Assembly: GCA_902590125.1 (NCBI GenBank)
Contig: CACIVL010000001.1
Span: 1 to 59,017 of the forward strand
DNA: 59,017 nucleotides
Origin: an uncultured Pelagibacteraceae bacterium
GTDB lineage: Bacteria; Pseudomonadota; Alphaproteobacteria; Pelagibacterales; Pelagibacteraceae
Direction of reading: 5' to 3'
The notes beneath the pieces are model-generated. The model was not told where the DNA came from. It made no database searches and saw only the letters and a list, made by a program, of their open reading frames with translations. The stretch's first letter is position 1, and each line of letters begins with the position of its first letter. Of this stretch, positions 1 through 9,943 are shown in pieces. A program made the position numbers and the translations under genes.

Positions 1-205
1 AAGCGGATTTTGGTCTTGATGTTTTAAATAAATGTGTTTTTAATTCTTCTACCGATATTTTTCGGTCTTCTTTATGTGCCGCCATTACAATTAACATCAT
101 ATGATAATGTGAAGGTGATTTTCTAAAAAAGTAGTTACTTGAACGATGCGATTGTTGCATTTGTTCTTCCCAAAATTTTAAAAGTTCTTTTGTAGTTTTT
201 ATCAT
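1..205 (-). CDS. Hypothetical protein, 5' part only (runs off the window); possibly winged-helix DNA-binding
   Basis: Read by hand: ATG at 205, 1 bp after the tdm stop, open to position 1 (MIKTTKELLKFWEEQMQQSHRSSNYFFRKSPSHYHMMLIVMAAHKEDRKISVEELKTHLFKTSRPKSA). The HTH idea rests only on the ISVEELK..SRPK pattern. Confidence 0.6.
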   Translation of the reverse strand, partial: MIKTTKELLKFWEEQMQQSHRSSNYFFRKSPSHYHMMLIVMAAHKEDRKISVEELKTHLFKTSRPKSA

Positions 206-206
206 A

Positions 207-2531
207 TTAAGCTCTTACTCTTGATTTTGTAGGATCGTAAAATGGAAAAGCTATGACTTTTGCTACAATTCTTTTTTGATGACCGTCAATTTTACCAATT
301 TCGACTTCTGTTCCCAATTCGGAATATTTTGTATCTATTCTGCAAAGAGCAATATTTTTATTTAAAGTTTTTGACAACATTCCACTGGTAATAACACCAA
401 CTTGTCCTCTTCCAATATGAACGGTATTACCGTTAGCAGCGGGTTCATGACCAATAAGCTCTAAACCAACTAGTTTTTTTTGTGGATTTGCTTTTCTTTT
501 TATTAATTCTTCTTTACCTATAAAATCATCATCTTTTGTTTTAAGAGGTACAGTAAATCCTATTCCTGCTTCAAATGGATCTGTTTTATCATCAAATTCG
601 TATCCATAAAAAATTAATCCTGCTTCAATACGAACCATATCTAAAGCTTCCAAACCAAGGGGTGAAATATTAAATTCTTTACCAGATTCCCAAACTTTAT
701 CCCAAACGGCACCAGCGTCTTTTGGGTGACACCATATTTCATAACCCAACTCTCCAGTATAACCTGTTCTTGATACTACAATAGGAATTCCTGTTACACT
801 GTCTATTCTTGCTATTGTTAATCTAAACCATTCAAGATTCTCAATAGATGGTTGGGTATCAGGTGTCCATACAAATTTTTGTAAAATTTTTCTACTATTT
901 GGTCCTTGAACAGCAATATTATGAATTTGATCAGTTGATGATTTTATCCAAACTTTAAAGTTTTTCTTTTTAGCCTGTTCTTTTAACCATTCACCACCAT
1001 ACTCTTGACCACCAACCCATCTAAAATTATCTTGTCCTAATTTCATTATTGTGCCGTCATCAATCATACATCCATTTTCATAACACATTGCCGTATAAGA
1101 AATTTGTCCAGCTGATAATTTTTTTACATTACGAGTAAGAGTATATTGCATTAAATTTTCTGCATCTGGACCCAAAATTTCAAATTTTCTTAATGGAGAA
1201 AGGTCTGTTACGACAGCGCTTTCTCTACAAGTAGTGTACTCTTTGATTGCTCCATAATTTGTATAATTGTTAGCCAACCAATATCCATTATAGTTTATAA
1301 AATTTTTTGTAAGACCAGATGTTTTTTTATGAAAACCAGTTTCTTTTGTTAATTTTGGTTCCGAATCTGTATTCACTCTAAAAGCTACTCCTTTCGAAAT
1401 TTTTTTTTCTTTAGAATAAGTTCTAACAAATATATCAGTAGGATTCCATCCATTTGCTGGGTCAACATCACAAGGACATGCTGAAGAAGCGCAAGTTAAA
1501 TCTTTTAAAGCTCTAAACAATACATAATCACCTGGTCTTGACCAAGGTTCATCAAAAGAAGCAACATTATTTGCATCGATTGCGGTGTTAAAAAAAAGAT
1601 TTATCGCTGTCCAACCTTTTCTAGATTTGACATCGTATTTTTGCAAAACATTGTTAAAATTTTCTGAACAATTGATGTGACCCATATACCCCATATCTTC
1701 ATAATATTTTGCGGTACATGCATAATTAAAAGTATCATGTCTTCCAACAGTATCTCTTACTACTTCAATAACCGGATCATGTTGAGCATCAAAAAATTTT
1801 GAAAATAAACCTGGAGCAGGATAGGCGGATCCCATAAAAGTTCGAGTTGCAGTGGGATCAATTATACTTTCAATTCCATCATTTAACCTACGTGAGTCAA
1901 AAGCTAAAAAGTCTGAGCATTGTCTTCCAGATGTATCAATAATTTGAATATATTCACCTGCCTTCACTTCGTAAGTTTCTGCAGTTCTTCTTTCAATAAA
2001 TTTTTCATTTATTGGATCGTAAAGTGGTTCAGGTAATATATATTGTTCTTCTACTTCATTAAACTTAGATTTATTTAAAAAAACTGTTAAATCTGTAGGA
2101 GGATTTTGCTCATGAACACTCATTTGTTCTCCTGGAGCTGCAATCATAACTGTACATTTATCTTTTGATTGCAAGGTTATTTTTTCACCCATTACACAAT
2201 CTTGATCAAATATTATCGAAGATTTAGCTTTGTCTAAATTAAAATTTTTGCGTTGAAATAATTTTGAAATTTTTTCATCTTGAGAAATTGTTTTTTTTGA
2301 AAAATTTGCGTTAGAATTTTCTTTTAAATTTAATATTGATAAATCACTTTTGCCTTTTGAATTAAAAACAACTATTTCACAAGTTTGTTTACCTTCATCA
2401 TTAATAATTTCTATTTTATCATCTGGCAGAACTTCAATTACAGACAAACCTCCGCCTTTAACAAAATATCTTTCAACTCCAGGTGGTAAAGTTCTTAAAC
2501 CAGGATTTTTTATGTCAAGACTTGTATGCAT
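207..2531 (-). CDS. tdm: Trimethylamine N-oxide demethylase (DUF1989 + GcvT-like aminomethyltransferase)
   Basis: DUF1989 region with metal-ligand motifs QCSDF, RHDTFNYAC, GHINC, SACPCD; C-terminal GcvT folate-binding domain (SRTGYTGELGYEIW); next to tmoX and near tmm. Confidence 0.9.
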   Translation of the reverse strand: MHTSLDIKNPGLRTLPPGVERYFVKGGGLSVIEVLPDDKIEIINDEGKQTCEIVVFNSKGKSDLSILNLKENSNANFSKKTISQDEKISKLFQRKNFNLDKAKSSIIFDQDCVMGEKITLQSKDKCTVMIAAPGEQMSVHEQNPPTDLTVFLNKSKFNEVEEQYILPEPLYDPINEKFIERRTAETYEVKAGEYIQIIDTSGRQCSDFLAFDSRRLNDGIESIIDPTATRTFMGSAYPAPGLFSKFFDAQHDPVIEVVRDTVGRHDTFNYACTAKYYEDMGYMGHINCSENFNNVLQKYDVKSRKGWTAINLFFNTAIDANNVASFDEPWSRPGDYVLFRALKDLTCASSACPCDVDPANGWNPTDIFVRTYSKEKKISKGVAFRVNTDSEPKLTKETGFHKKTSGLTKNFINYNGYWLANNYTNYGAIKEYTTCRESAVVTDLSPLRKFEILGPDAENLMQYTLTRNVKKLSAGQISYTAMCYENGCMIDDGTIMKLGQDNFRWVGGQEYGGEWLKEQAKKKNFKVWIKSSTDQIHNIAVQGPNSRKILQKFVWTPDTQPSIENLEWFRLTIARIDSVTGIPIVVSRTGYTGELGYEIWCHPKDAGAVWDKVWESGKEFNISPLGLEALDMVRIEAGLIFYGYEFDDKTDPFEAGIGFTVPLKTKDDDFIGKEELIKRKANPQKKLVGLELIGHEPAANGNTVHIGRGQVGVITSGMLSKTLNKNIALCRIDTKYSELGTEVEIGKIDGHQKRIVAKVIAFPFYDPTKSRVRA

Positions 2532-2634
2532 TTTTATTATTTTTGTTAGTTATAAAACCAATCCTATCAATACACATGGATTAAGTAAAATATCAAAATT
2601 TTTTGACCGTTTTGGGCTCTCAATTTCAAAAGCA

Positions 2635-2664
2635 TTGACTATGAGTTTAAAATGAAGGCATAAT
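2635..2664 (+). promoter_or_regulatory. Putative sigma70 promoter for tmoX
   Basis: TTGACT (2635-2640), 18 bp spacer, CATAAT (2659-2664); AGGGGA ribosome-binding site before the ATG at 2715. Confidence 0.45.
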
Positions 2665-2714
2665 TAGAAATATTAATAATTATTAATACAAGTAATTAAG
2701 AAAGGGGAAAGAAT

Positions 2715-3659
2715 ATGAAAAAAATAATATCTCTATTATCTGCGGTAATTATTTCGTTAGTTTCGTTTACTGGAATAGCTAATTCAGCGGATAGTAAGAA
2801 ACCTATCGTTATCCCAACACACAATTGGTCGAGCCAAGTTGTAATGGCTTACGTTATTGGTGGAATTTTTAAAAGTATGGGTAACAATGTAGAATATGTA
2901 CCAGCGGACTCTCAGAAAGTTTACGAGTCAATTCGACTTGGTGATGTAACTATATCACACGAAGTTTGGGAATCAGCTTTTGGTAAATCATTTACTACAG
3001 CACTTGATGCTGGTGGTTTACTTGATTGGGGCGATCATGAAGCAAGAACTCTTGAAGATATGGGATATCCTAATTGGGTAGTTGAAAAAGGATTATGTCC
3101 AGGTCTTCCAGATTGGACTGCTCTAAAAAATCCTGATTGTGCTAAGAACTTTGTAACACCTGACTCAGATGGAAAAGGAAGAATGTTAGAAGGTCCACAA
3201 ACTTGGCATGGTGACTTAATACCTCAAAGAATTGATGCTTTAGGTTTAGGAGATCTTTGGTGGGTTAAATTTGCTGGAAGTGCAGATGCACTTTGGGCAG
3301 AATTAGCAGCAGCTAAAAAAGAAGGAAGAGGAACTATAATATTCAACTGGACACCAAACTTTACAGATGGTGCTGGTTTTACATTTATAGACTTCCCTCC
3401 TTACACTGCTGGTTGCAGACCAGAAGATGGAGGTGATGGAAAATGCGGTTCACCAGATGGTTATTTGAAAAAGGCTGTGAATGCAGACTTTCCAAAAACT
3501 CATCCAAAGGCAGCAGCTATGTTTAAGAAACTTTCATTTTCTACAGGTCAAATTGGTGCAATGGCAGCTTTAGTTGATATTGACAAAATGACTCACGAAG
3601 ATGCAGCTAAAAAATGGTTAGCTGATAACGAGAAAGTTTGGAAAGCTTTTACTAAATAA
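2715..3659 (+). CDS. tmoX: TMAO ABC transporter substrate-binding protein (OpuAC/ProX family)
   Basis: Signal peptide, then PIVIPTHNWSSQ, DSQKVYESIRLGDVT, CPGLPDW and FNWTPNF, as I recall for TmoX-type proteins; divergent from tdm. Confidence 0.85.
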   Translation: MKKIISLLSAVIISLVSFTGIANSADSKKPIVIPTHNWSSQVVMAYVIGGIFKSMGNNVEYVPADSQKVYESIRLGDVTISHEVWESAFGKSFTTALDAGGLLDWGDHEARTLEDMGYPNWVVEKGLCPGLPDWTALKNPDCAKNFVTPDSDGKGRMLEGPQTWHGDLIPQRIDALGLGDLWWVKFAGSADALWAELAAAKKEGRGTIIFNWTPNFTDGAGFTFIDFPPYTAGCRPEDGGDGKCGSPDGYLKKAVNADFPKTHPKAAAMFKKLSFSTGQIGAMAALVDIDKMTHEDAAKKWLADNEKVWKAFTK

Positions 3660-3681
3660 GGATTAAAGCTAATAAATTATA

Positions 3682-3717
3682 AATCTCTCCCAACAATGTT
3701 GGGGGGGATTTTTTTTT
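3682..3717 (+). terminator. Rho-independent terminator after tmoX
   Basis: Stem AATCTCTCCCAAC / GTTGGGGGGGATT (two G-U pairs), loop AAT, followed by a T run. Confidence 0.85.
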
Positions 3718-3768
3718 AAACTTGTCAGTCAATCCACATGTATTAGAATTAGAAAAGAAACTAGTTAA

Positions 3769-4230
3769 ATGTTAAAGTTTTTTTTATATATCTCTCTCAG
3801 CTTATTATTCTTTACTATATCATTTGCTAAAAATGTAAATATACAAGAGAATATTGAACTTGGTTTTGTATGTGAGCTAGAAAAGAAAATACTTAAGAAT
3901 TCAGAATATAATTATACAACTTTTCTAGCAAAAGATTTAGATGAAAAAGGTTTAGATAAATTTGAAATTTTTGCAAAACAACCAGAAACACTATTGATTA
4001 ATGGATTATCATTGTTTCTTTCAAAAACCGTAAAATTTGATGTCAAAGTTGTAAATAAAGACGTAGTTTTATTTAAAGCTTTTAACAAAGAAAAGAATTA
4101 CTCAGAGTCTGGCATAATAACTAGAAAATCTGGTGAATTAGTTCATGAAATTACAAGAGGTTTAAAAAGTGATAACTTAGAAAAAAATATTTCCTTTTAT
4201 TCTTGTAGAAAAAAGGAGAAAAAAGTCTGA
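3769..4230 (+). CDS. Hypothetical exported protein
   Basis: 153 aa ORF, signal peptide ending ISFA, two Cys near the ends of the mature chain. Confidence 0.65.
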   Translation: MLKFFLYISLSLLFFTISFAKNVNIQENIELGFVCELEKKILKNSEYNYTTFLAKDLDEKGLDKFEIFAKQPETLLINGLSLFLSKTVKFDVKVVNKDVVLFKAFNKEKNYSESGIITRKSGELVHEITRGLKSDNLEKNISFYSCRKKEKKV

Positions 4231-4261
4231 TTTTTTTTTATATAATTTAGTGTAAAATATA

Positions 4262-4639
4262 ATGATGAAAAAATATTTCATTTACATAATTTTAAGTTTT
4301 TTAATTGCAAATTCAGTATTAGCTCGAAAAACAGGTTGTGAGGGAAACTGTGTAGATGGTTTTGGTAAATGGACCTATACAGATAAAACAACCTATGAAG
4401 GGAATTGGGTTGGTACAAAAAAAAATGGCCAAGGAATTGAAATTTGGCCCAACGGATATATTTACAAAGGTGAATTTAAAAATAGCGAGTGGAGTGGTCA
4501 AGGAATTTTAACTTTTCCAAATGGCGCAACTTATGAAGGAGAGTGGGCCAATGGTTTCATGAATGGAAAGGGAACATTTACTTGGTCTGATGGAAAAGAA
4601 AAAACAGGCACTTGGGTAAACGGTGAATTGCAAGAATAA
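4262..4639 (+). CDS. Exported MORN-repeat protein
   Basis: Signal peptide, GCEGNCVDGFG cap, 23-aa repeats YEGNWVGTKKNGQG / YKGEFKNSEWSGQG / YEGEWANGFMNGKG. Confidence 0.85.
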   Translation: MMKKYFIYIILSFLIANSVLARKTGCEGNCVDGFGKWTYTDKTTYEGNWVGTKKNGQGIEIWPNGYIYKGEFKNSEWSGQGILTFPNGATYEGEWANGFMNGKGTFTWSDGKEKTGTWVNGELQE

Positions 4640-4647
4640 TTAAAACA

Positions 4648-5199
4648 ATGCTACAAGAAAAATATTTAGCTAAATTAAGAGAGTTACCCGAACCAGTTAG
4701 ACAATTTGGTGGTCTCGTTACTATAACAGTTATCGTAATTTTATCTTTTGCTATTTTAAATATTTTTTGGGGTGGAGGTGATGAATTAGTTAGAAAAATG
4801 AAATTAGAAGAGGAAAGAATTGCAAAAGAAAAAGAACTAAGCAAACTGATTTCAAGCCTTCCATCAGGCATTCTAGTACCTTATGAAGGAACTAAAGGTC
4901 ATAAATTGTCCGAAGAACAACACGAGGCAGTTTGCAATGCAACAGAAATTGTATCTCAGCGTTCTGTTATGGGTGCTAATTTAACAAATTTTAAAGCTAA
5001 ACACATATATACTATTAACGGTAATGATATTAAAGAAACATTTGTTAAGTGGGACAAAGAGAAAAATAAATGCTTTGCTGGTTTTACTGTAACTGGAAGT
5101 AATGTTGGTGTAAATGAAACAATTACTGTTACAGGAGAAGTTTTAAGTTTTTTTAATACCGGAATTGATACAAGAGTTTATTTTATTAAAAATTTTTAG
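4648..5199 (+). CDS. Hypothetical single-pass membrane protein
   Basis: One N-terminal hydrophobic helix (GLVTITVIVILSFAILNIFW), short charged helix, soluble domain with two Cys. Confidence 0.65.
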   Translation: MLQEKYLAKLRELPEPVRQFGGLVTITVIVILSFAILNIFWGGGDELVRKMKLEEERIAKEKELSKLISSLPSGILVPYEGTKGHKLSEEQHEAVCNATEIVSQRSVMGANLTNFKAKHIYTINGNDIKETFVKWDKEKNKCFAGFTVTGSNVGVNETITVTGEVLSFFNTGIDTRVYFIKNF

Positions 5200-5264
5200 A
5201 GAGGAAAAACAACAATTATATAGATTTTATTTTTACTAAATTTCGTATAACTTGTTAAAAAATT

Positions 5265-6296
5265 ATGACTGATGCTGTAATTAAATGCGAGTCTGTTTAC
5301 AAAATTTTTGGGGCAAATGCCAAAAAAATGCTTCAAGAATCAAATGGAAATGTAGATGCAAAAACATTTCAAAAAAAAGGATGCATTGTAGGCGTGAATA
5401 ACGCTTCTTTTGAAGTTTCAAAAGGAGAAATGTTGGTAGTTATGGGTTTATCAGGATCGGGAAAATCGACATTGTTAAGATGCATTTCTAGATTAACAGA
5501 TGCAACTGGTGGAAAAATTTATATAGAAGGACAAGACTTACTATCATTAAAAAACAAAGAACTAATTGAACTTCGAAGAAATAAGATGGGAATGGTTTTT
5601 CAAAGTTTTGCTCTACTTCCACATAAAACAGTTTTGGAAAATATTGCTTTTCCACTTCAAATTAAAGGAGTTAAAACTGAAGATAGTATTAATAAAGCTA
5701 TGGACATGGTTAAACTTGTTGGTCTTGAGGGAAGAGAAAACTATTTTCCTCGAGAACTTTCAGGTGGACAACAACAAAGAGTAGGTATTGCTCGATCATT
5801 AGCTGTTGAACCTGATATTTGGTTTTTAGATGAACCTTTTTCCGCATTAGATCCATTGATTAGAAAAGAAATGCAAGATGAATTTTTAAGACTTCAAGAA
5901 AAATTAAAAAAAACAATTATGTTTATTACGCATGATTTTGATGAAGCACTAAAACTTGCTGATCGTATAGCAATTATGAAAGATGGAATAATTGAACAGT
6001 TAGATACTCCAGCAAAAATAGTATTAAATCCAGCAACTGAGTATGTAAAAAAATTTACTGAGGAAGTTCCAAGAGAAAAAGTATTAATAATAGAAGATGT
6101 AATGGAAAAATCAAATAATGACAATATTAGTGATTTAAAAGTTTCAAAAGACGAGATAATTGAAAATGTAGCTGAAAAGATTTTATCTCAAGAAAAATAT
6201 GTAGGTGTAACTGACGAAAATAATAAAATTGTTGGAACTGTTCACCCTTCAAAAATAATTCATACTGTTTTTGGGGGGAGAAAAAATAACGAATAA
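5265..6296 (+). CDS. tmoW: Quaternary amine/TMAO ABC transporter ATP-binding subunit (ProV/OpuAA family)
   Basis: Walker A GLSGSGKST, LSGGQQQRVG signature, LDEPFSALDPLIR. Confidence 0.85.
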   Translation: MTDAVIKCESVYKIFGANAKKMLQESNGNVDAKTFQKKGCIVGVNNASFEVSKGEMLVVMGLSGSGKSTLLRCISRLTDATGGKIYIEGQDLLSLKNKELIELRRNKMGMVFQSFALLPHKTVLENIAFPLQIKGVKTEDSINKAMDMVKLVGLEGRENYFPRELSGGQQQRVGIARSLAVEPDIWFLDEPFSALDPLIRKEMQDEFLRLQEKLKKTIMFITHDFDEALKLADRIAIMKDGIIEQLDTPAKIVLNPATEYVKKFTEEVPREKVLIIEDVMEKSNNDNISDLKVSKDEIIENVAEKILSQEKYVGVTDENNKIVGTVHPSKIIHTVFGGRKNNE

Positions 6297-6299
6297 AAC

Positions 6300-8453
6300 A
6301 TGGAATTATTAAAAAAATATCCAAAATTATTCCAATGGTTATTTTTGTTATTTGTATTTCTTGCCTTGTGTTTTGCAATTGATGTTCCTGAAACCTATAA
6401 ATTTATAAGAGGCCAAGCAGAATTCGTCAAAGACCCAAATCAAAGTACTTACACATTATTTGGCAAAGAAGTAAGATATTATGCATTTGATGTTCTTTGG
6501 AGACTGCCTCCTTTGCTCGGATGGTTGCCTATTTGGATAAATGACTTTTTGTTTTTTTTATTGAATGAGTGGATGCCAATGGAGTTTTGGAATGAAGACA
6601 CTCAAGAATACAAAACTCGACCTTTAGTATTACAAATAACAAGAAATATAACTGCATCTATGACATTCCTAATTGAATTGATTAGAGAAATTTTATTAGG
6701 AGGCGTTAAGACAGTTGTCTCATTTACTAGTTGGGATTGGATAGATAAAAATCCATGGGCAGAACTACCAGGTTTACCCTGGACAATCGTTGTAGCGGGT
6801 GGAGCAATATTAGGTTACAAATTGAGCGGCAAAGGTTTAGCTATATTTGCTGGTTTGGTCTTAATTTATATTTCTGTATTTGGTCAGTGGAAACCTTCGA
6901 TGCAAACTCTTTCTTTTATATTGGTAGCAGCACCACTTTCTTTTATTTTTGGTTTGACCTTAGGCATAATGGCTTACAAGAGCAAACGAGTTGAGAAAGC
7001 CTTATATCCAATACTTCTAGTTATGCAGACAATGCCCCAATATGCAGTTCTTACCCCAGCTATGGTATTGTTTGGTATTGGTGATCATTCTGCGGTTATT
7101 ATTACAATGGTTGTTGCTATTCCACCAATGATCTTATTAACTTTGTTGGGTCTGAGAGCGGTACCTTCCGAAGTTATTGAAGCTGGCAAAATGAGTGGAT
7201 GTAATAATTTTCAACTTATGACCAAAGTATTAATTCCAACTGCAAGAAGAGATATCTTAATTGGAGTTAACCAAGTGATTATGGTGTGTTTTTCTATGGC
7301 TGTTATTGCAGCTTTTATAGGTGCTAAAGGATTAGGGTGGAATTTATTGTTAGCCTTAAATCAACTGAATATTGGATTAGCATTAGAGGCTGGCTTGTGT
7401 ATTAGTTTGATTGCAATACTGTTAGATAAAATGTCTTTAGCTTGGGCTAATAAACAAGAAGATTATTTTGGTAACCTGACGTTTTTTCAACGCTATAAAA
7501 ATTCACTGTTTTTTGCTGCTTCTGTGTTGATTGGAATAATACTTGCTTACGCTGGATCTTTTTTCTTTAAAGACAGTTTTAATTACCTATCAGAGATTCC
7601 ACACAATAAAGGGATATCATTTGCAGATTTCTGGAATAGAGGTGTTGATTGGATTTGGGATACTTTTTTTCAAACTTTAAAAATATTTAATACTTGGTTA
7701 ATAACAGAAGTTCTTCAACCAATGAGAGCCTTGTATCTAAGAATGCCAGCAGTTGCTACTTTAGTATTAGTTGTTGGAGCAGGCTATATAATTGGTGGAA
7801 TTCGTTCAGCTTTTACAGTGGGTGGATTAGCATTATTTATAGCTCTAAGTCCATGGTGGGACAGAGCTTTAGTAACAACATACATGGCAACTTTTGGAGT
7901 TGTTGCATCTTGTATAATTGGATCAATTGTTGGAACTTTATGTCAACAAAACAAATATACTACAAATTTTATGTTGGGAGTTTGTGATATTTTTCAAACG
8001 TTTCCTTCTTTTGTATATTTAATTCCAGTAATGATGCTTTTTGGAATCACTGATACTTCAGTATTAATTGCAGTAATTGTTTACGCAACTATACCTGCTA
8101 CAAGGTACACTATTGAAGGGTTAAGAAGTGTTCCACCTGCTTTACATGATGCAGCTACAATGTCAGGAGTAACAAAATTACAAAGATTATTCAAAATAGA
8201 ATTCCCTTTAGCATTTCCTCACATGATGCTTGGTTTAAATCAAACAATTGTATTTGCTTTGTTTATGGTAATTATAGGAGCATTTATTGGAACAGAAGAT
8301 TTAGGACAATATATTCTAAAAGCTTTATCCGATAAAAAAGGTGCAGGCAAAGGATTAGTGCTTGGTATTTGTGTCGCCTTCATAGGTCTGATATTTGATA
8401 ATTTGATTAGAACTTGGGTAGAAAAAAGAAAAAAGCATCTTGGCATAGATTAA
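6300..8453 (+). CDS. tmoV: ABC transporter permease with two fused ProW-like domains
   Basis: Two permease repeats (MQTMPQYAVL..EAGKMSG and FQTFPSFVYLIP..DAATMSG); many TM helices. Confidence 0.85.
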   Translation: MELLKKYPKLFQWLFLLFVFLALCFAIDVPETYKFIRGQAEFVKDPNQSTYTLFGKEVRYYAFDVLWRLPPLLGWLPIWINDFLFFLLNEWMPMEFWNEDTQEYKTRPLVLQITRNITASMTFLIELIREILLGGVKTVVSFTSWDWIDKNPWAELPGLPWTIVVAGGAILGYKLSGKGLAIFAGLVLIYISVFGQWKPSMQTLSFILVAAPLSFIFGLTLGIMAYKSKRVEKALYPILLVMQTMPQYAVLTPAMVLFGIGDHSAVIITMVVAIPPMILLTLLGLRAVPSEVIEAGKMSGCNNFQLMTKVLIPTARRDILIGVNQVIMVCFSMAVIAAFIGAKGLGWNLLLALNQLNIGLALEAGLCISLIAILLDKMSLAWANKQEDYFGNLTFFQRYKNSLFFAASVLIGIILAYAGSFFFKDSFNYLSEIPHNKGISFADFWNRGVDWIWDTFFQTLKIFNTWLITEVLQPMRALYLRMPAVATLVLVVGAGYIIGGIRSAFTVGGLALFIALSPWWDRALVTTYMATFGVVASCIIGSIVGTLCQQNKYTTNFMLGVCDIFQTFPSFVYLIPVMMLFGITDTSVLIAVIVYATIPATRYTIEGLRSVPPALHDAATMSGVTKLQRLFKIEFPLAFPHMMLGLNQTIVFALFMVIIGAFIGTEDLGQYILKALSDKKGAGKGLVLGICVAFIGLIFDNLIRTWVEKRKKHLGID

Positions 8454-8457
8454 AATT

Positions 8458-9936
8458 GTGAAAAAATTTCTTGTTGCCATTGACCAGGGCACTACATCAA
8501 CAAGAGTAATATTGTTTGATGTGAAAGGTAATGTAAAATTTATTTCACAATTTGAGTTTAAACAATATTTTCCAAATAATGGTTGGGTAGAACATAACCC
8601 AAATGAAATTTGGTTAACTGTTCTTAAAGCACTAAAAAAAGTAATAAAGAAAGCCTCAGACTTAAAAGGCAATATTATAAGCCTAGGAATAACCAATCAA
8701 AGAGAAACTACTATTCTTTGGAATAAGAAAACTGGCAAGCCAATTTATAATGCTATTGTTTGGCAAGATAGGAGAACACAAACATATTGTGAAAAACTAA
8801 AAAAAAGAAAATATGAAAAAAGTTTTAGAAAAAAAACAGGGTTATTTATAGATCCATATTTTTCTGCAACAAAAATAAAATGGATTTTGAAAAATGTAAA
8901 AGATTCAAAAAAATTATTAAAATCTAATAATTTATTATTCGGCACTGTAGACACTTTTTTGATATGGAAACTTACTAAAGGTAAAAAACATTTAACAGAA
9001 GCTACTAATGCAAGCAGAACAATGTTATTTAATATAAATAACAACAAATGGGACGAAGAAATTTTGAGGAAATTAAGTATTCCAAAAAATATTTTACCAG
9101 AAGTAAAAAATTCTGCTGATGATTTTGGTATTACAAATAAAAAAATTGTTGGAAAAGAAATTCCTATCTCAGCTGTTTTAGGTGATCAACAAGCTGCCGC
9201 AGTTGGTCAGACATGTTTTGAAAAAGGATCAATAAAAAGCACCTACGGCACTGGTGCCTTCGTAATAATGAATACTGGATCAAAAAAAATCTATTCGAAT
9301 AATAAGTTATTAACAACAATTTGTTATAGGTTGAACGAAAAAAATACCTACGCTTTAGAAGGTTCAATCTTTATTGCTGGTGCTGGAGTGCAGTGGCTTA
9401 GAGATAAAATAAAATTAATTAATAATGCTTACGAAACCGAAAAAATAGCAAAGTCTAAAAACAATAATGATGGTGTCTACATAGTGCCAGCTTTCAGCGG
9501 TATGGGTGCTCCATATTGGAGACCAGATGCGAGAGGATTAATTTCGGGTTTAACAAGAAATAGTGATTGGAAAAGTTTAGTAAGAGCAGTTATCGAGTCA
9601 GTTGCATATCAAAGCTATGATTTATTTAATTCAATGAAAAAAGATGGTTTAAAACCTAAAATCATAAAAGTTGATGGAGGCATGGTATCAAATAATTGGT
9701 TTTCTCAATTTTTATCAGACATTATTAATGTTAATGTAATAAGACCAAGAGTGTTAGAAACAACAGCTTTAGGAGTTGCACTTTTTGCAGGATATCAAGT
9801 TAAAGAATTTAAATCATTAAACGAAATAAAGCATATATGGAAAAAAGATAGAGTTTTTTCTCCAAAATTAAATAAATCATTGAGAAATAACTTATTGCAA
9901 GGATGGAAAGTAGCGATTAGAAAAACTTTAGCATAA
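8458..9936 (+). CDS. glpK: Glycerol kinase
   Basis: IDQGTTSTR, GITNQRET, NAIVWQD, GDQQAA, YALEGSIF; GTG start. Confidence 0.95.
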   Translation: MKKFLVAIDQGTTSTRVILFDVKGNVKFISQFEFKQYFPNNGWVEHNPNEIWLTVLKALKKVIKKASDLKGNIISLGITNQRETTILWNKKTGKPIYNAIVWQDRRTQTYCEKLKKRKYEKSFRKKTGLFIDPYFSATKIKWILKNVKDSKKLLKSNNLLFGTVDTFLIWKLTKGKKHLTEATNASRTMLFNINNNKWDEEILRKLSIPKNILPEVKNSADDFGITNKKIVGKEIPISAVLGDQQAAAVGQTCFEKGSIKSTYGTGAFVIMNTGSKKIYSNNKLLTTICYRLNEKNTYALEGSIFIAGAGVQWLRDKIKLINNAYETEKIAKSKNNNDGVYIVPAFSGMGAPYWRPDARGLISGLTRNSDWKSLVRAVIESVAYQSYDLFNSMKKDGLKPKIIKVDGGMVSNNWFSQFLSDIINVNVIRPRVLETTALGVALFAGYQVKEFKSLNEIKHIWKKDRVFSPKLNKSLRNNLLQGWKVAIRKTLA

Positions 9937-9943
9937 TTTTAGT

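Noticed and set aside
2350-2655. Short ORF-track entries overlapping real genes (e.g. 2350-2655, 4578-4871, 8355-8696, 12557-12904, 29790-30200, 53913-54245)
   Set aside because: They are antisense or out-of-frame shadows of well-supported genes and show no recognisable motifs.
4330-4625. Periodic sequence as a CRISPR array or DNA tandem repeat
   Set aside because: The periodicity is the 23-aa MORN protein repeat and is degenerate at DNA level.
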